A stretch of 64,000 nucleotides of DNA, from NCBI GenBank assembly GCA_002419385.1, contig DIFZ01000024.1, positions 749 through 64,748 of the forward strand. Direction: 5' to 3'. Each line of letters opens with the position of its first letter. The first letter of the stretch is position 1. Of this stretch, positions 63,309 through 64,000 are shown in pieces. The notes under the pieces were generated by a model, which was given only the letters and a program-made list of their open reading frames with translations, was not told where the DNA came from and searched no databases. The stretch comes from Geobacter sp. UBA5735 (lineage in GTDB: Bacteria; Desulfobacterota; Desulfuromonadia; Geobacterales; Geobacteraceae). A program made the translations under genes and the position numbers.

Positions 63309-64000
63309 ATGAGACGAATACACGATTTTACCCGCAACATGGTCTCGGCCATTGCAAACGTGTCGCTCTACGCACCCGATCACCGTCAGGTCCACCGACT
63401 GTGCTCGAAAGCACACGAAAACCTGCACGATGCCATGGCTGGCGAAAAGGAACTGTTTTTTCTGCGGATCGAAGACGAACTGATATTCAACAACACCCCT
63501 TTGGAAAGCAGCATGTCTCTGGGCAAATTCAACCAGATACTGGCTTCCCGCGGAATCGGACACATCAAGTTCCTGTGCGATGTCTCCCCGCAGGAAATCC
63601 GAACCCTCGCGGTCAGTCTTTCGGGACGGATAGCTTTCAGCGACGGGGTGCGGTCAACGGAGCACATCCGACTCGGGAAAATCGACATCCCGTCTTCCAA
63701 TGACGATGACGACCTGAATGAACAGGAAGATCGGCTAAGAATTGCGCTCGAAGATATCCCGATGTATGAAGTCAAAGCATTCGCCGACATGCATGAAAGC
63801 ATCAGGAAGAATGAAAAGATTTCGGTCAACGGAATAAGCAGCATCGTCGATTCTTTGATCGGACACTTCCGCCAGACGGCAATGCCGCTTCTCGCCATAG
63901 CTCCGCTGCGCCTGCTCGACGAATACACCTATACCCATTCCACCAATGTCTGCATACTCAACATTGCCCAGGCCATGTCGTTCGGCGTCAGAGGCTCCCT
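63309..64000 (+). CDS. HD-GYP-type phosphohydrolase, N-terminal ~230 codons (continues past the right window edge)
   Basis: Absent from the ORF track because no stop lies in the window. Hand translation from the ATG at 63309 gives MRRIHDFTRNMVSAIANVSLYAPDHRQVHRL...LLDEYTYTHSTNVCILNIAQAM. The last block is the typical entry into the HD motif region. Confidence 0.65.
   Translation, partial: MRRIHDFTRNMVSAIANVSLYAPDHRQVHRLCSKAHENLHDAMAGEKELFFLRIEDELIFNNTPLESSMSLGKFNQILASRGIGHIKFLCDVSPQEIRTLAVSLSGRIAFSDGVRSTEHIRLGKIDIPSSNDDDDLNEQEDRLRIALEDIPMYEVKAFADMHESIRKNEKISVNGISSIVDSLIGHFRQTAMPLLAIAPLRLLDEYTYTHSTNVCILNIAQAMSFGVRGS

Overview
All calls below were made by eye from the sequence and the supplied ORF track. 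No searches were run, so motif coordinates are hand-indexed, start codons were chosen from RBS or stop/start-overlap logic, and family names are recognitions from memory.

The window is GC-rich and gene-dense, with about 57 protein genes plus one tRNA. About 50 of them lie on the minus strand. The gene content (a D. gigas MOP-like aldehyde oxidoreductase, DsrC/DsrMK, Geobacter-like FtsH) suggests a deltaproteobacterial (Desulfobacterota-type) chromosome.

Layout:
- **1-2.3 kb:** a norspermidine/spermidine module (XRE-cupin regulator, carboxynorspermidine synthase, nspC fragment).
- **2.4-24.1 kb:** a molybdenum island.
  - modBC.
  - A translationally coupled operon of nine proteins: histidine phosphatase, MocA-like NTP-transferase-HD, XdhC, PaaK-like ligase, radical SAM, C_GCAxxG_C_C, methyltransferase, Zn-ribbon and an 776-aa flavo/FeS/CCG oxidoreductase.
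  - A MOP-type aldehyde oxidoreductase, a MoeA-like protein and a sensor-less ModE.
  - A NifX/orange-protein-like gene with dsrK, dsrM and dsrC.
  - A YezD-like gene and a MOT1-type transporter.
- **24-43 kb:** proC, a signalling block, a TonB-dependent receptor, an orphan MshE/GspE-type ATPase operon with two unknown proteins, and a sigma-54 driven glnK-porin-amt-kinase module.
- **43-53 kb:** a housekeeping run (ccdA, ispB-like, pdxJ, glmM, cdaR, cdaA, folP, ftsH, tilS).
- **53-64 kb:** a cus/czc-type RND operon, tRNA-Met(CAT), a DUF3343 gene, a HEAT-repeat protein and the start of an HD-GYP protein.

Main non-obvious signals:
- Four palindromic ModE-type operators sit on promoters across the island.
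- A 45-nt structured leader motif occurs twice, each copy fused to an intrinsic terminator.
- A duplicated purine-rich element lies between the genes of the RND operon.

No transposase, integrase, CRISPR array or rRNA was seen.
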